DNA of 64,000 bases from Octopus sinensis. Its lineage: Eukaryota. Under the pieces are notes generated by a model that was not told where the DNA came from, ran no database searches, and saw nothing but the letters and a program-made list of their open reading frames with translations. This document shows, one piece after another, positions 51,353 to 64,000 of the stretch. A program made the translations under genes and the position numbers. The stretch's first letter is position 1. Every line of letters begins with the position of its first letter. The stretch lies in NCBI RefSeq assembly GCF_006345805.1, contig NC_043003.1:49600001-49664000 (forward strand). Reading direction: 5' to 3'.

Positions 51353-53145
51353 CTAGCAATGCATCCCGGCATTGCCCGGGTATTATTATCTACAGCCTCA
51401 TTGTATTATTTGTTCCTTTCTTATGGGCAGGATCAGCACAGCTGATATATAGTAAACTGGATTGCTGGCGTAATGGAAGACATTGTTTGTCTAAAAATGA
51501 AGTGGGGTGGTCGGTACAATTTGCATGGGTTTGCATGAAAGTGCTTTCTGTTCTGAAGAAGAATCACAAACTATGTATTGTTTCATTGTATAAAACAGGG
51601 TTAATACAATTTTGCCCAGAAATCATGTTTACAAAATTTTTATTCTTCCACCACCCCCGTCCTCACAGCAATTTCTTAATTTGTAACTCTTTTACAATTT
51701 TCTTTTTTTATCCATGTAGAAAAATACAGAGAAAAATACAGTTTTTTTTAAAGTTTAATTTTTCTTATAGAGACACTCAATGCCCCTTCCCCTACCTCAC
51801 CTCCCCATCACCTACCCACTTTCAAAAACCTAAAAACACCCAATGTTTCACTTTCATTTGATGTTTCATGCACACATAGAATTGTGCTGAAATTGTATGT
51901 AAAATTGTACTGAATTGTATGTAAAACTATTAGAGCACCACCAGAAAACCCAACATGCTAGAAACAATAAGTAAATGACATTATTTTGGAAGAATCTTGC
52001 CTGCTTTCCAAAAAGCTAAAAGTAAAACATTGGGACTTTGTGGATTTTTGAAAGTGATGAGGCGATGAGTGGATGTTTGGGAAAAAGATTTTAGTGTTTC
52101 TTTAAGAAAAAAGAAAGAAGAAAATTCTGAAAGATTTGTACTCTCTGTTTTCTTCTCTGTGGATTACTAAGAAAAAAATGTTTTGGGGGCAAAATTCAAA
52201 TATTCTGTATTGAAATCATAGTAAGTGGAAGAAATTTAGGAAAAAATCAGGTGTGGGTCGCAAATGACACCTTGGACATGCTAGAAACAATGGATAAAGG
52301 ACAGGATTTTTTTTGGGAGAACACTCTTTTAAATTTATATTAAAGATCAAATTTTTAAATACACTCATCACAAACAGGAATTATAGAATAGAAAAGGCGA
52401 TTTCAATTGGATTTGAGCTGTAATTTTGCGCATGCACATAGCAAGAAATAACAATTCATACAGAAGCTTTAACTAAAGTGTGTGTGTGTGTATATGTGTG
52501 TGTGTTGAAGAGAGCAGAAATTGAAAGCGAGGAGAAAGGGAAAAGGTGACATTTGTTTGAAGTGAGAGCAGAAAGTGAAAAAGAGGAGAAAGTGAAAGAT
52601 GTATGTTTGAGTACTTTGGTAAAGTTTTAATAAATCTTAATACGGTGATTTGAAAACAAATATAGAAAGACTATACCTTTCACTTGTTTAACATCTGTTG
52701 TTGGACATATTGTAAAAGTTTTGACTGAGTATGCAATAGTTAATTTACTAAAGCGTATGTGTTGAGTGATACAAAGAAATGAAAGAACGAAGTATTAAAA
52801 TTCTGTCTCTCCTGCTCTATCTCTGTCTATCATTCTCTCTGCCTGTCTCACATTGCGTGTGTGTCTATCTCTTCCTGTTTCCTCTCCTTTCCTGATATCA
52901 ATCACCTTCATTATGCCACATTTCTCTGAACCTAGCACTTTTGCACCCCTCTTATTTTAACATGTAATAGCCCAACCCTCATAGTCAGTCCATAACCAAT
53001 TGTTATTGAAATCCAATTAGCGTATAATTGAACTGGCTGTTAGTTCAGCATATATACAAAGTTTATTGAAGATTGGTTCACTGGTTTGGGCAGTAAGATG
53101 GTAACAGACGAACGGACAGACAAAAATTTTCATTTATATATAAAG

Positions 53146-53146
<1 letters not shown>
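51353..53146 (-). mobile_element. Non-autonomous Helitron-like element (1.8 kb)
   Basis: 3' cccgg-gcaatg-ccggg-atgcattgCTAG; 5' TCtttatatataaatg...tttgtctgtccgttcgtctg. Confidence 0.7.
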
Positions 53147-53176
<30 letters not shown>

Positions 53177-53182
53177 GATAGA

Positions 53183-53366
53183 TAGATAGGTTTAAGAGCA
53201 ACTCAATCATCATTGAACGACATTATCCACAATAGGTGCATATATTAAAATTAAGGTATTAATTTTGATAATTTTAATATTTAGTCCTATATGTACATAT
53301 TGTGGATAATGTCATTCAATGATGATTGAGTTGCTTGAGGGTGATTCTGTCTCTTAAACCTATCTA
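53183..53366. repeat. Fold-back with a 17-bp insertion in the right arm
   Basis: gtttaagagcaactcaatcatcattgaacgacattatccacaata vs tattgtggataatgtcattcaatgatgattgagttgc[17 nt]tcttaaac. Confidence 0.85.
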
Positions 53367-53468
53367 TATATATGTATATAATACAGTGAGTAATTCATTT
53401 TAATACCACTAAATTGAACTTCTCTCCGCTGTGGACTCAGAAATAACTTCCCTAATATTAATATTAAT

Positions 53469-53534
<66 letters not shown>

Positions 53535-53570
53535 ATATATACACATATATATATATGTATATATATATAT

Positions 53571-55457
53571 AGGGAGACAAACTAGAAGTAGTTGATAGCT
53601 TCCGCTACCTAGGAGACCAAGTCAGTAGCGGGGGTGGGTGTGCTGAAAGAGTAGTCAGGCCATAACCCGTGGCCCCTACCTGGGACGTAGTCAGTCCACC
53701 TGTGCATACCTTCCTTCTTGTGACACTTGTGAAGACCTGTTGAGGCAAGTGAAAGTGAAAATCAAAATAAAATAGATGATCATCAATGGAATTTGTATCT
53801 TTGTTACCAGTGCCGGTGGCACACAAGAAAACCATCCGAACGTGGCCGTAGCCAGTACTGCATCGACTGGCCTCCGTGCTGTGGGCACGTAACAAACACC
53901 ATCCGATCGTGGCCGTTTGCCAGCCTCATCCGGCACCTGTGTCGGTGGCACATAAAAACACCATCCGAAGACCCGGCAAGACTAGGCACCTGTGTCGGTG
54001 GCACATAAAAACACCATCCGAAGACCCGGCAAGACTAGTCAGGCCATAATCCGTGGCCCCAACCTGGGACATAGTCAGTCCACCTGTGCATAGCTTCCTT
54101 CTTGTGACACTTGTGAAGACCTTTTGAGGCAAGTGAAAGTGAAAATCAAAATAAAATAGATGAACATCAATGGAATTTGTATCTTTATGGTACCAGTGCC
54201 GGTGGCACACAAGAAAACAATCCGAACATGGCCGTAGCCAGTACCGCATCGACTGGCCTCCGTGCTGTGGGCACGTAACAAACACCATCCGATCATGTCC
54301 GTTCGCCAGCCTCATCAGGCACCTGTGTCGGTGGCACATAAAAACACCATCTGAAGACCCGGCAAGACTAGTCAGACCATAACCCGTGGCCCCTACCTGG
54401 GACGTAGTCAGTCCGCCTGTGCATACCTTCCTTCTTGTGACACTTGTGAAGACCTGTTGAGGCAAGTGATCAAATCAAAACAAATCAAAATAGATGAACA
54501 TCAATGGAATTTGTATCTTTGTGGTACCAGGGCCGGTGGCACACAAGATAACCATCCGAACATGGCCGTAGCCAGTACAGCATCGACTGGCCTCTGTGCT
54601 GTGGGCTCATAACAAACACCATCCGATCGTGGCCGTTCGCCAGCCTCATCTGGCACCTGTGTCGGTGGCACATAAAAGCACCATCCGAAGACCCGGCAAG
54701 ACTAGTCAGGTGGCACACAAGAAAACCATCCGAACATGGCCGTAGCCAGTACCACATCGACTGGCCTCTGTGCTGTGGGCACGTAACAAACACCATCCAT
54801 CTGGCACCTGTGTCGGTGACACATAAAAACATCATCCGAAGACCCGGCAAGACTAGTCAGGCCATAACCCGTGGCCCCTACCTGGGACGTTGTCAGTTCA
54901 CCTGTGCATACCTTCCTTCCTTCTTGTGACACTTGTGAAGACCTGTTGAGGCAAGTGAAAATCAAATCAAATCAAATCAAAATAGATGAACATCAATGGA
55001 ATTTGTATCTTTGTGGTACCAGTGCCGGTGGCACACAAGAAAACCATCCGAACGTGGCCGTAGCCAGTACCGCATCAACTGGCCTCCGTGCTGTGGGCAC
55101 GTAAGAAACACCATCCGATCGTGGCCGTTCGTCAGCCTCGTCTGGCACCTGTGTCGGTGGCACATAAAAACACCATCCGAGCGTGGCCGTTCGCCAGCCT
55201 CATCTGGCACCTGTGTCGATGGCACATAAAAACACCATCCGAGCGTGGCCGTTTGCCAGCCTCGTCTGGCACCTGTGTCGGTGGCACATAAAATCACCCA
55301 CTACACTCTCGGAGTGGTTGGCGTTAGGAAGGGCATCCAGCTGTAGAAACACTGCCAGATCTGACTGGCCTGGTGCAGCCTTCGGGCTCCCCAGACCCCA
55401 GTTGAACCGTCCAACCCATGCTAGCATGGAAAGCGGACGTTAAATGATGATGATGAT
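53571..55457 (+). mobile_element. Rearranged RTE element: RT-domain snippet plus tandemly amplified 3'UTR plus terminal tail, in (TA)n
   Basis: GDKLEVVDSFRYLGDQVSSGGGCAERV at 53573-53653; units start at 53653, 54037, 54370, 54704 (short) and 54855; (GAT)n tail. Confidence 0.9.
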
Positions 55458-55489
55458 ATATATATATATATATATGTATATATATTTGA

Positions 55490-55523
<34 letters not shown>

Positions 55524-56261
55524 GTATATACATATACACATACATACATATAAACTGCATATATACTTATAGATGTATATATCTGCATATATATATGTGT
55601 ATATGACAATATATATACATATATGTATGTGCAAGTATCTATATATGCATGTATACAACTGTGTGTGTGTGAGTGAGTGTGTGTGTGCAAAACTGCATTA
55701 GAAGTCTTGTGCTGTAATTAGTCAGAGATAAGTGATACAGATTTAACACTTGATCCACTTTATGCAGGTACCAAGGTGAAATTATCAGAATGCTTTATCG
55801 TTAGGATAGTTCAGCTCATGATTTCTGGATATATCTTCATTCATCTCTGTAATTTCCTATAATCTGTGATTTTGAATTAAAGTAGATCTTTTCAATATAT
55901 AAGCTTGTCCCAGCTGTGTAATGTTTTTACTGTGTTCCAGTATCGCCAGGAATTTTTGCTGTGTTTCAGTATCTTCATGAATTTTTACGCACTTAAATTT
56001 TACACTGTAGAGGCCAATTTCCTCAGTGACCAGAGCTAAATCAAGAGCTTACACATGAGCTGCCTTTCAGTGTTCCTGGGGTTATACAGATAATTATAAT
56101 AGCTTATTTCAAATTCTCCTTTAGTTATCCCTACATATTATCTTCTTTGGCGTTTAAATGCTTAGTAGATACCAACTTTTTCTGAAGATATTTTCTGCGT
56201 TTTAATACACACATTCACACACACACACATGCATACACACACACATACACACACGCATGCA

Positions 56262-58970
56262 TCTATATATATAAAAAAAGATGTCTGTGTGTCTGTCTGT
56301 GTATGTGTGTATGCTCTATATGCATTTCCCCATTTTTCAATCGATTTCTCTCAAACTTGACACACTGATAGCTAATGCTCCAAGGGTTGTCATGACTTAC
56401 TTTATATTATCTAGTACCCTAACATATAACCAAAAACTATGAATAACTGTTCAGAAAACCAGTTTTTTGCTCATAACTCCCTGGTTTTTCGAGCGATTTC
56501 CTCCAAATTTGACATGAACATTACTCATGACATAAGAACTGTTAAGCTTAAAATTTTTGTCAAGGTCATCCATATTAATTGTGAAAAATCTGCGAATAAC
56601 TGTGTAAAAATCATTTTTTTTGCCAATAACTTCTGTAGTTTCCAACCGTTTCTCTCCAAATTTGGCACAAACATTAGTCATGCTTTAAGAATTGTTTTAA
56701 ACTTATGTCTTTGTCAAGTCAATCTGCATTGAATGGGAAAAGCCTGTGAATAATCGCGCAAAATTCAGTTTTTTACCAATCACTTCTGCAGTTCCAAAAC
56801 CAATTCGCTCAAAATTTGGCAAGAATATTACCCATGCTTAATTGACTGTTTTACAATAATGTTTTCTCAAGTTTATTCGCATTAAATTTGCTACTTGCTG
56901 GATTAAACTTGAGTTTTTTTGCTTACAACTTCTGCCGTTTACTCATACCCCAAGGATTGTGGGGCAGTTTTACCTTGCTGATTTAATCTGTGTACATTAG
57001 TGTTTACTTAACCCCAACCCTATTATTGCTTATGGTTATGATGTCCTCCGCTTCAGCACAAATTTTCTTTAATTATCCTTCGCTCATGGTGTGATAACAT
57101 GGGGTGAACTGCGAGCATAAACTTTGACACTGTTAATACGTACCCCACTTTTTTGATCTGTGTACCTTAATGTTTACTTAAACCCTCCCCCCTATTATCA
57201 CCTATGGCCATGATGACTTCCCCCACTTCAGCCTCTTATTTGGTGTGAATGACTGCTTTTATCACATCCTCAGTGTTTACTCACTTCCCCTCCTGCCCCC
57301 CACCCTACCACCATTATCGCAATGCCCCTTCTTCAACATCATTTTTCTTAATGACATTATGTCAATGGTCTGCCAACAAGGGGTGAACTGTGAACATGAC
57401 CTTTGACCTATGCACGTGAACACTATTGATTGTCCACTGTAATGAGCACATCCAATTAATTCCTTGACTGAATTTCATTGATGGAACACTGTTCACCTGC
57501 TTGTACCAGTGTCAAATCGTAATTATTGATGTGCTTTTGTGTATGTCTGAAACGTGCTTCGGCTGACTGGTTAGGCCCACCATTTGACATACATTAATTA
57601 CTGCTATAACCTCATACTTCCTGTTGAAATTTTTCAGTGTCCACATGCTCAATTAAGTTATCTCCTTCATACTGATACCACCTACCAGTTTTTAGCTTAT
57701 GTGTCATTAAAAAATGTGTCCACATAGTTAACTGTCTGTCCTTGTTTACCCCTTTTTTGAATAATACGTTTAGTACTCTTTTACTCTTTTACTTGTTTCA
57801 GTCATTTAACTGTGGCCATGCTGGAGCACCACCTTTAATCGAGGAAATCGACCCCAGGACTTATTCTTTGTAAGCCTAGTACTTATTCTATCGGTGTCTT
57901 TTGCCGAACCGCTAAGTTACGGGGACGTAAACACACCAGCCACCAGCATTGGTTGTCAAGCGATGTTGGGAGGACAAACACAGACACACAAACATGCACA
58001 CACACACACACATATATACATACATATATATATATACACATAAACATATATATGACGGGCTTCTTTCAGTTTCTATCTACCAAATCCACTCACAAGGCTT
58101 TGGTTGGCCCGAGGCTGTAGTAGAAGACACTTGCCCAAGGTGCCACACAGTGGGACTGAACCCAGAAACATGTGGTTCATAAGCAAGCTACTTATCACAC
58201 AGCCACTCCTATGCCTATCTAGGTTCACTTTTATACATTGTGCCAAATTCGTTTTTCAGTGTCCCCTTTTACCTGTTTTCTAAGACTCGCAATTCAAACA
58301 TAATATAATATTAATGACATGCCACCTAAGAAAAGAACGTGCCTTGGTTGTAAAACAGAGTCTGCTTCAGCTGCCAAAACAAGGAGGGTAAGCCATGTTT
58401 CTCTTATGTTGAATGCTCCAAAGTTGGAAGCAAACTAAATATATTCATACTTGCCCCTAATGGCAAAACAAAAAATGTTGTCTACAGACAGGTGTTGTAG
58501 GCACTTCGTGTGCAATCTGCTTTCAAATTCGTGAACCTCGGTGCCCCCACTTCACCAGTGCAACCTTGCAGATCTGATATGTGGTAGGTGAGTGCTACTG
58601 TAGTCATGCTTTCAAAGTTATTAACTTTCCTCAACCATGTTTCTTTTCCTTTGTCCAACCTTGATTTGTCATCTGTTTTCACAGAGTTTCACATGTCACA
58701 GCAACAGTTCCATTGCATTTGGTGTAAACTTTACATATGATTGTTACACCACCTGAGAATGCATTACAGCCCTTTTCAGGGCTACTTCACCCATGATTGT
58801 TACACCATCTGAGAACACATTAAAGCCATTCTCAGGACTTTGTATCAAACTGTTATCAGTGTTACATGACAACCAATTTTGTTACAATTTGACGTTAACA
58901 TTATTTATGATATAGGAAATTTACTAATTATCAAAAACATTGTAGTATTTGAATCCTGAGCGACCTTAGT
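56262..58970 (+). mobile_element. Helitron-like element with internal tandem repeats; 3' end degenerate
   Basis: A|TCtatatatataaaaaaagatgtctgtgtgtctgtctg start; ~153-bp repeats (gaataa at 56441, 56594, 56748); SINE A inside; 3' boundary uncertain. Confidence 0.55.
57778..58213 (-). mobile_element. SINE group A, full length
   Basis: Near-consensus copy. Confidence 0.85.
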
Positions 58971-59003
58971 ATATATATATATATGTATATATACATGCAT
59001 ATG

Positions 59004-59220
59004 TACGAGGGCGTGCTGAAAAATTCCTAGCTTTGGATAAGGGAAAATACAGGGAGATCAGTTAATTATGATTTTATTCAACATATTCTCCTCCCAGATT
59101 CACACACTTATTGCAGCAGTGCTTCATTTGTCTAAGCCCCATAAAAAAACTAGAAAGTTTGGGCCCCCAACCAGGCTTTTCACGACGCCCTCAAAGCCAG
59201 AAACTTTTCAGCACTTCCTA
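59004..59220. mobile_element. Mariner-type MITE
   Basis: TA-cgagggcgtgctgaaaa left end; partial complement ttttcagcac at the right end. Confidence 0.5.
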
Positions 59221-59699
59221 TTATATGTATATTTACATATTACATTTACATATATACATACATGTGTGTTTGTATGTATACACATACATACACACACACA
59301 CACACACACCTGTTCCTTTGTTACTGCCATTAATTAATTTCATTACATTACTGTATTAATCAAAAGCTCACTAACCAAATATAATAAGTAATTGTAAAAC
59401 TCTAATTGATTTCTGATTGATCAGTATTGATTCTTGAAGTCTCTAAGTAATGGTAAATATATATATAATACAATATTCTAATGAAGATAAATGATGCTTA
59501 CGTGTATCAAACTATTTATTTTTACTTACAATACAATCAAAAATTAATTGCACAGTTTTGGTTTTTTTCATCTCCTCACCCTACAATTTGTGATGGTAAG
59601 AAATTTGCTTTTCTAGACCAAAACACACTTCGCTACTTTCATTGATGTTTACATCCAATTCCATCATTTGTGGTTTTACTCTTCTTAAATGTCAAAACG

Positions 59700-59949
59700 T
59701 TCTTTTATCATTTACTTTTTATTTGTTTCAGTCATTAGACTGTGGCCATGCTGTGGCACCACCTTGAAGAATTTTTAGTTGAATAACCCGACCCCCACCC
59801 AGTAGTTGATATTTTTTTTCTTTTTAAGTCTGATATTTGTTCCATTGGACTCTTTTGTCAAACCACTAAGTTACAGGGACGTAAACACACCAGCACCAGT
59901 TGTCAAGCAGTGGTGGGGGGACAAACACAGACACAAAGACACACACAAA

Positions 59950-59987
<38 letters not shown>

Positions 59988-60210
59988 CACACACATACAC
60001 ACACTCACACACATACACACACACACAAACACACACGCTCACACTCACACACACACACACACACATGATGGGCTCCTTTTAGTTTCTGTTTACCAAATCC
60101 ACTTGCATAACTTTGGTTGGTTTGTGGCTATAGTAGAAGACACTTGCCCAAGGTGCCACACAGTCAAACTAAACCCAGAGTCATGTGGTTGGGAAGCGAG
60201 CTTCTTACCA
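59700..60210 (-). mobile_element. SINE group A inside the Tigger remnant
   Basis: Homology to the other copies. Confidence 0.8.
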
Positions 60211-60999
60211 CGGAATCAGTTTGTTCTTTATTTGATTCTTTCCATTTATTTTCCTCATATGTTCTTTGGTGTTCCATTTCCAAAAGAAGTTCTTCACTCA
60301 AATCTTTTAAATGTGAATCCAGTAACATTTAAAGATTTACTGCATCAATATCTTTAAACCTACGTTTTTGCAAAAGATGTAATTTCTTCAATTACATTAT
60401 TCATGGAAATTTCAAGGCCAAGAAAATCATTAGCACTTTCAGACAAAATTTTTTCCAGACACCCCTCATATTGCAGACTGCTAGTTCTTCCTTTGGTTAT
60501 TGATCTTTTCACTTGCATATTTAGTATTGATATTCTTCCAAAATTCTCCAAGTGCAATAGTACCCTCTTGCTTCAGCTGCTTTTGTGGAAGTTCTTCTAT
60601 TAAAATTCAGCTTGAAAGAAGAAAAAAACACCTTAGCACATAGACTAAGTATGGAGTTGTATTTGATGGTACGAAAACAACTTTTACATCATCAAATGAT
60701 TTGTTTTGTGCATTTGGATGTCTAGAAGTAAAAGTGTTTTGAAAGGTAAATGTTTTTCTTTATGACTAGTTTTAACTGGAGGACAAAGTTAAAACACAAA
60801 CCACTCTTTAAGCACTGACTGGGCAACCCATCTTTTTCATATAACTGTTTGCTGAATTTCAGGAAGAATTTGTTTATTGCAGCCCTTCAAAGCCTTAGGA
60901 TTTTTTGTTCAGTACATGTATATAAGCATTCACTGAAAACCTCTCCTTCAGCTTTAGCAATAGCTTTTGATTTGATATCTTGTTATTAGCTCTTTCTAA

Positions 61000-61708
61000 G
61001 GCAGTGAGTCAGCAGAATCGTTAGCATGGTGCGGCTGTGTGGTAAGTAGCTTGCTTACCAATCACACGGTTCGAGGTTCAGTCCCACTGCATGGCACCTT
61101 GGGCAAGTGTCTTCTACTATAGCCACAAACCAACCAAAGTTATGCAAGTGGATTTGGTAGATAGAAACTGAAAGAACCCCATCATATATATATATATTTA
61201 ACAAAACTGTCTGATGAACAGGAAGGTGAAACTCTGAGTAACAGCTTTTGTTATATTTCTGCTGCTTTTAAATAAAGTATATTTATGTATATATATATGT
61301 ACACACACACACACATATGTGTGTGTGTTTATGTGTCTGTGTTTGTTACCCCAACCATCACTTGACAACCGATGTTGGTGTGTTTACATCCCAATAACAT
61401 AGGGGTTCAGTAAAAGAAACCGATAGAATAAGTACTAGGCTTACAAAAAATAAGTCCTGGGGTTGGTTTGTTCAACTAAAAGCGGTGCTCCAGCATGGCC
61501 ACCGTCAAATAACTGAAACAAATAAAAGAATAAAATGCTTAGCTGCATTTCATCAGTCTTGCTTTCTGAGATCAAAATTCTGTCGAGTTTGACTTTGCCT
61601 TTCATCCATTCAGGGTCGATAAAATAATCACCAGTTGAACACTGGGTGTTGATGTAATCAACTTACGCCTTCACCTGAGATTGCCGGCCTTGTGCCAAAA
61701 TTTGAAAC
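61000..61708 (+). mobile_element. SINE group C with a nested SINE group A (~61026-61492)
   Basis: 13-bp TSD tagctctttctaa at 60987-60999 and 61709-61721. Confidence 0.8.
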
Positions 61709-62794
61709 TAGCTCTTTCTAAATCTTGAAATATTCCTTCAAGTTATTTCACTGTCATGTCTTTCAAATCATTTAGTCTTTGTCTAATTCTTTCACAGTTT
61801 TTCATATACATACATACATACATACATACATACACACATACATGTGTGTGTGTGTAAGAAAATATTTTGGTTTTTATTCAGGTTGTGATGATTCATGCTT
61901 TGCCAAAAATTTCTAAATAGCATTTTCTTCAAGTAAACATTAAATATTTGACAAAAAACTGTTTTCCATTATCTATTTATTTATTTAGTTATTCATTTAT
62001 TTTGCAACTTTCCTGGAAATATAGAAGCAGTGTTTATATCTGCATTGACAGCTTTTCCTGTCACTTTAAGTTTTGAATCCAATTCTAGATTTAAAGTTTT
62101 TAAATCATTCTTTGCCTGCTAGAAATATTACGTTATCCTCTTTATATTAAATTCTTTAAATAAAGTAAACAGGCTGAGAGCTCCATATTGGTACATATTA
62201 AAATCTGCTTCCAATTACAACCTTTAAACCAAATGACTAACAAATCGTCTGTCCCAATCATTATGGAGCATTGATTTGATGATGGATGCTTGACCATGTA
62301 GACAAATTCTTACCTACATCACAGCATAATGATTATAGGACCAATATATTTTTGTATTGTTGACTCACCAATTACTAAGCCTTTTGCAATTTTTGACTCA
62401 CTGTCCCATATTTGAATATTTTAACAATGTTGAGTTTGACATGTGAATTATAAATTTTTATTTTCTTTCCTTTTATCATATTGTGTAATGATTTTATCAT
62501 TCTTATATTTGGACATGCCTCTAGGCCTTAAAGATATAAGTACAAATCTAATAAAAATCAAATGAAGCTAATTTTCCATGAGTGCTCACTCTGATGGCTC
62601 TGAGGCTAATGTAGATCTATGTACCTGACGGCTGATACCTTTAATGATAAATACTTATGAGAAGTATTTAATGGAACAAAGTGGATATTTTCCTTCTTTC
62701 ACTTGGCTTGCAAAATTTAAATTTTGCTAATTTTATGGGCAGAGAAATTAAATTTAAGTTAACCAAGTAATAACAACATATATAGAAATCAAAA

Positions 62795-63226
62795 TCAAAT
62801 TCGATGACTGGCATCTGTGTTAGTGGAGCACTAAAAGCACCATCTGAGTGTGATCACTGCCAGAGCAGCTAACTGGTTTCCATGGTGGTGGCACATAAAA
62901 AGCACCATTTGAGCGTGATCATTACTAGCGTTGCCTTACTGGCACTTGTGCCAGTGCTGCTTGACTGGCTCCTGTGCAGGTGGCATATGAAAAACACCAT
63001 TTGAGTGTGGCCATTGCCGGTAGCGCTTGACTGGCCCTCATGCCAGTGACATGTAAAAGGACCCACTACACTCTCGGAGTGGTTGGCATTAGGATGGGCA
63101 TCCAGCTGTTGAAACTCTGCCAGATCAGATTGGAGCCTGGTGCAGCCATCTGGTTCACCAGTCCTCAGTCAAATCGTCCAACCCATGCTAGCATGGAAAG
63201 CGGACGTTAAACGATGATGATGATGG

Positions 63227-63259
<33 letters not shown>
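62795..63259 (+). mobile_element. RTE 3'UTR fragment with a long (GAT)n tail
   Basis: Four aaaagcaccat modules and a near-consensus terminal block. Confidence 0.85.
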
Positions 63260-63260
<1 letters not shown>

Positions 63261-63569
63261 AGATACATATTAGTGGTGAACAGTGAGAATGTGTACTCAT
63301 TGCAGTATTGGCAGATAAATACTTTGGCACTACCTTAGGTTTCATGCATTTTAATTCATAATTTTCAAGAGTTCACTAAAAAATTATGAGAAACAGTCTC
63401 TATGTTTGATTTGATCACATGAAATTTCACAAGACTTCGTTTCCTGTTGGGTGGTGAAAAGAAATCGAAAATACACTGATAAGGGTGAAGTAAATATCTA
63501 AGGATTTTGGCTATTGATATTTGTTTGGTATTAATCTTAAAACAAGTTCTAAAATATTTGTCTATATTA

Positions 63570-63780
63570 TCTTTTATCTTTTACTTGTTTGAGTTATAAC
63601 ATTGTGACCTTGCTGAGGCACCGTCTTTAATTTTGAATCCAGTGAATTGACTCCAGTACTTATTTTTTAAGCCTGGTACTTATTTTATTGGTCTCTTTTG
63701 CCAAACCACTAAGTTATGGGGACACCAAAATACCAACAATGCTTATCAAGTGGTGTGTGTGAGAGGTACAAAAACACAGC
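63570..63780 (-). mobile_element. SINE group A 3' half
   Basis: Homology to the other copies. Confidence 0.7.
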
Positions 63781-63877
63781 TATAAAGACACAGAGCATAG
63801 ATTTATAAACAGACTTCAGAAACGTAACTACATGTGGGCCCTGGCGATTTTCCTTCTCCTTTGCACTTTTCCCTTTC

Positions 63878-63916
63878 TCCTTTCTGATGAAGAGCTATGC
63901 CCAAAACATTAAAAAG
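63878..63916 (+). ncRNA. Decayed minimal hammerhead motif
   Basis: ctgatga-a-gagc-tat-gccc-aaaac-att; the GAAAC core is mutated, consistent with CpG decay of gctcgaaacgt. Confidence 0.3.
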
Positions 63917-64000
63917 CATCTCCTTTCAGAGAGCATCAAGCTATTACAATTCTTGAGCATATCTTTATGTTTTTTTTCATTTTTCTTTTTTCCATTTTTT

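Larger units (their letters stand above)
59500..62250 (-). pseudogene. Decayed Tigger/pogo transposase interrupted by SINEs
   Basis: Collinear motifs on minus: FLAGKE*FKNFKSR, LKVTGKAVNAD, QIFNV, KALKGCNK..LP, EWF, HLPFKTLLLLD, VKVVFVPSNTT, EFWKN, GVWKK, LLDSH..LSEE. Confidence 0.75.

Noticed and set aside
53653-55300. CRISPR-like array of repeated ggtggcac units
   Set aside because: Eukaryotic context; 'spacers' are themselves repeated; it is an RTE 3'UTR; no cas genes.
60449-60471. Mariner-like TIR (ttttttccagacaccctcata)
   Set aside because: It is the GVWKK-coding part of the surrounding Tigger transposase remnant.

Overview
Eukaryotic, AT-rich, repeat-saturated DNA. The SINE/LINE repertoire and the dense (TA)n/(CA)n/(ATC)n microsatellites point to an octopod cephalopod (Octopus-like); this is inferred from repeat recognition, with no search run. 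Almost every ORF in the supplied track is a microsatellite or repeat artefact. No host gene can be called confidently; only a few isolated exon-like segments have good splice signals. Supported content: (1) three tRNA-derived SINE groups in many copies, several nested and with target-site duplications (TSDs); (2) RTE-type LINE 3' ends with (GAT)n tails, including two ORF2 C-termini and a ~1.9 kb head-to-tail concatemer of the 3'UTR; (3) fragments of RTE-BovB, CR1 and L2/CR1-group LINEs; (4) Penelope-like element (PLE) remains: a GIY-YIG fragment, terminal repeats and minimal hammerhead-ribozyme motifs; (5) five non-autonomous Helitron-like elements with shared ends but unrelated interiors; (6) decayed Tigger/pogo and Tc1/mariner transposases; (7) several fold-back elements and one perfect 72-bp palindrome. 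Most interesting: the hammerhead-bearing short element and fold-back, the RTE 3'UTR concatemer with five identical junctions, and repeated insertion of unrelated elements into the internal microsatellite of one SINE family.
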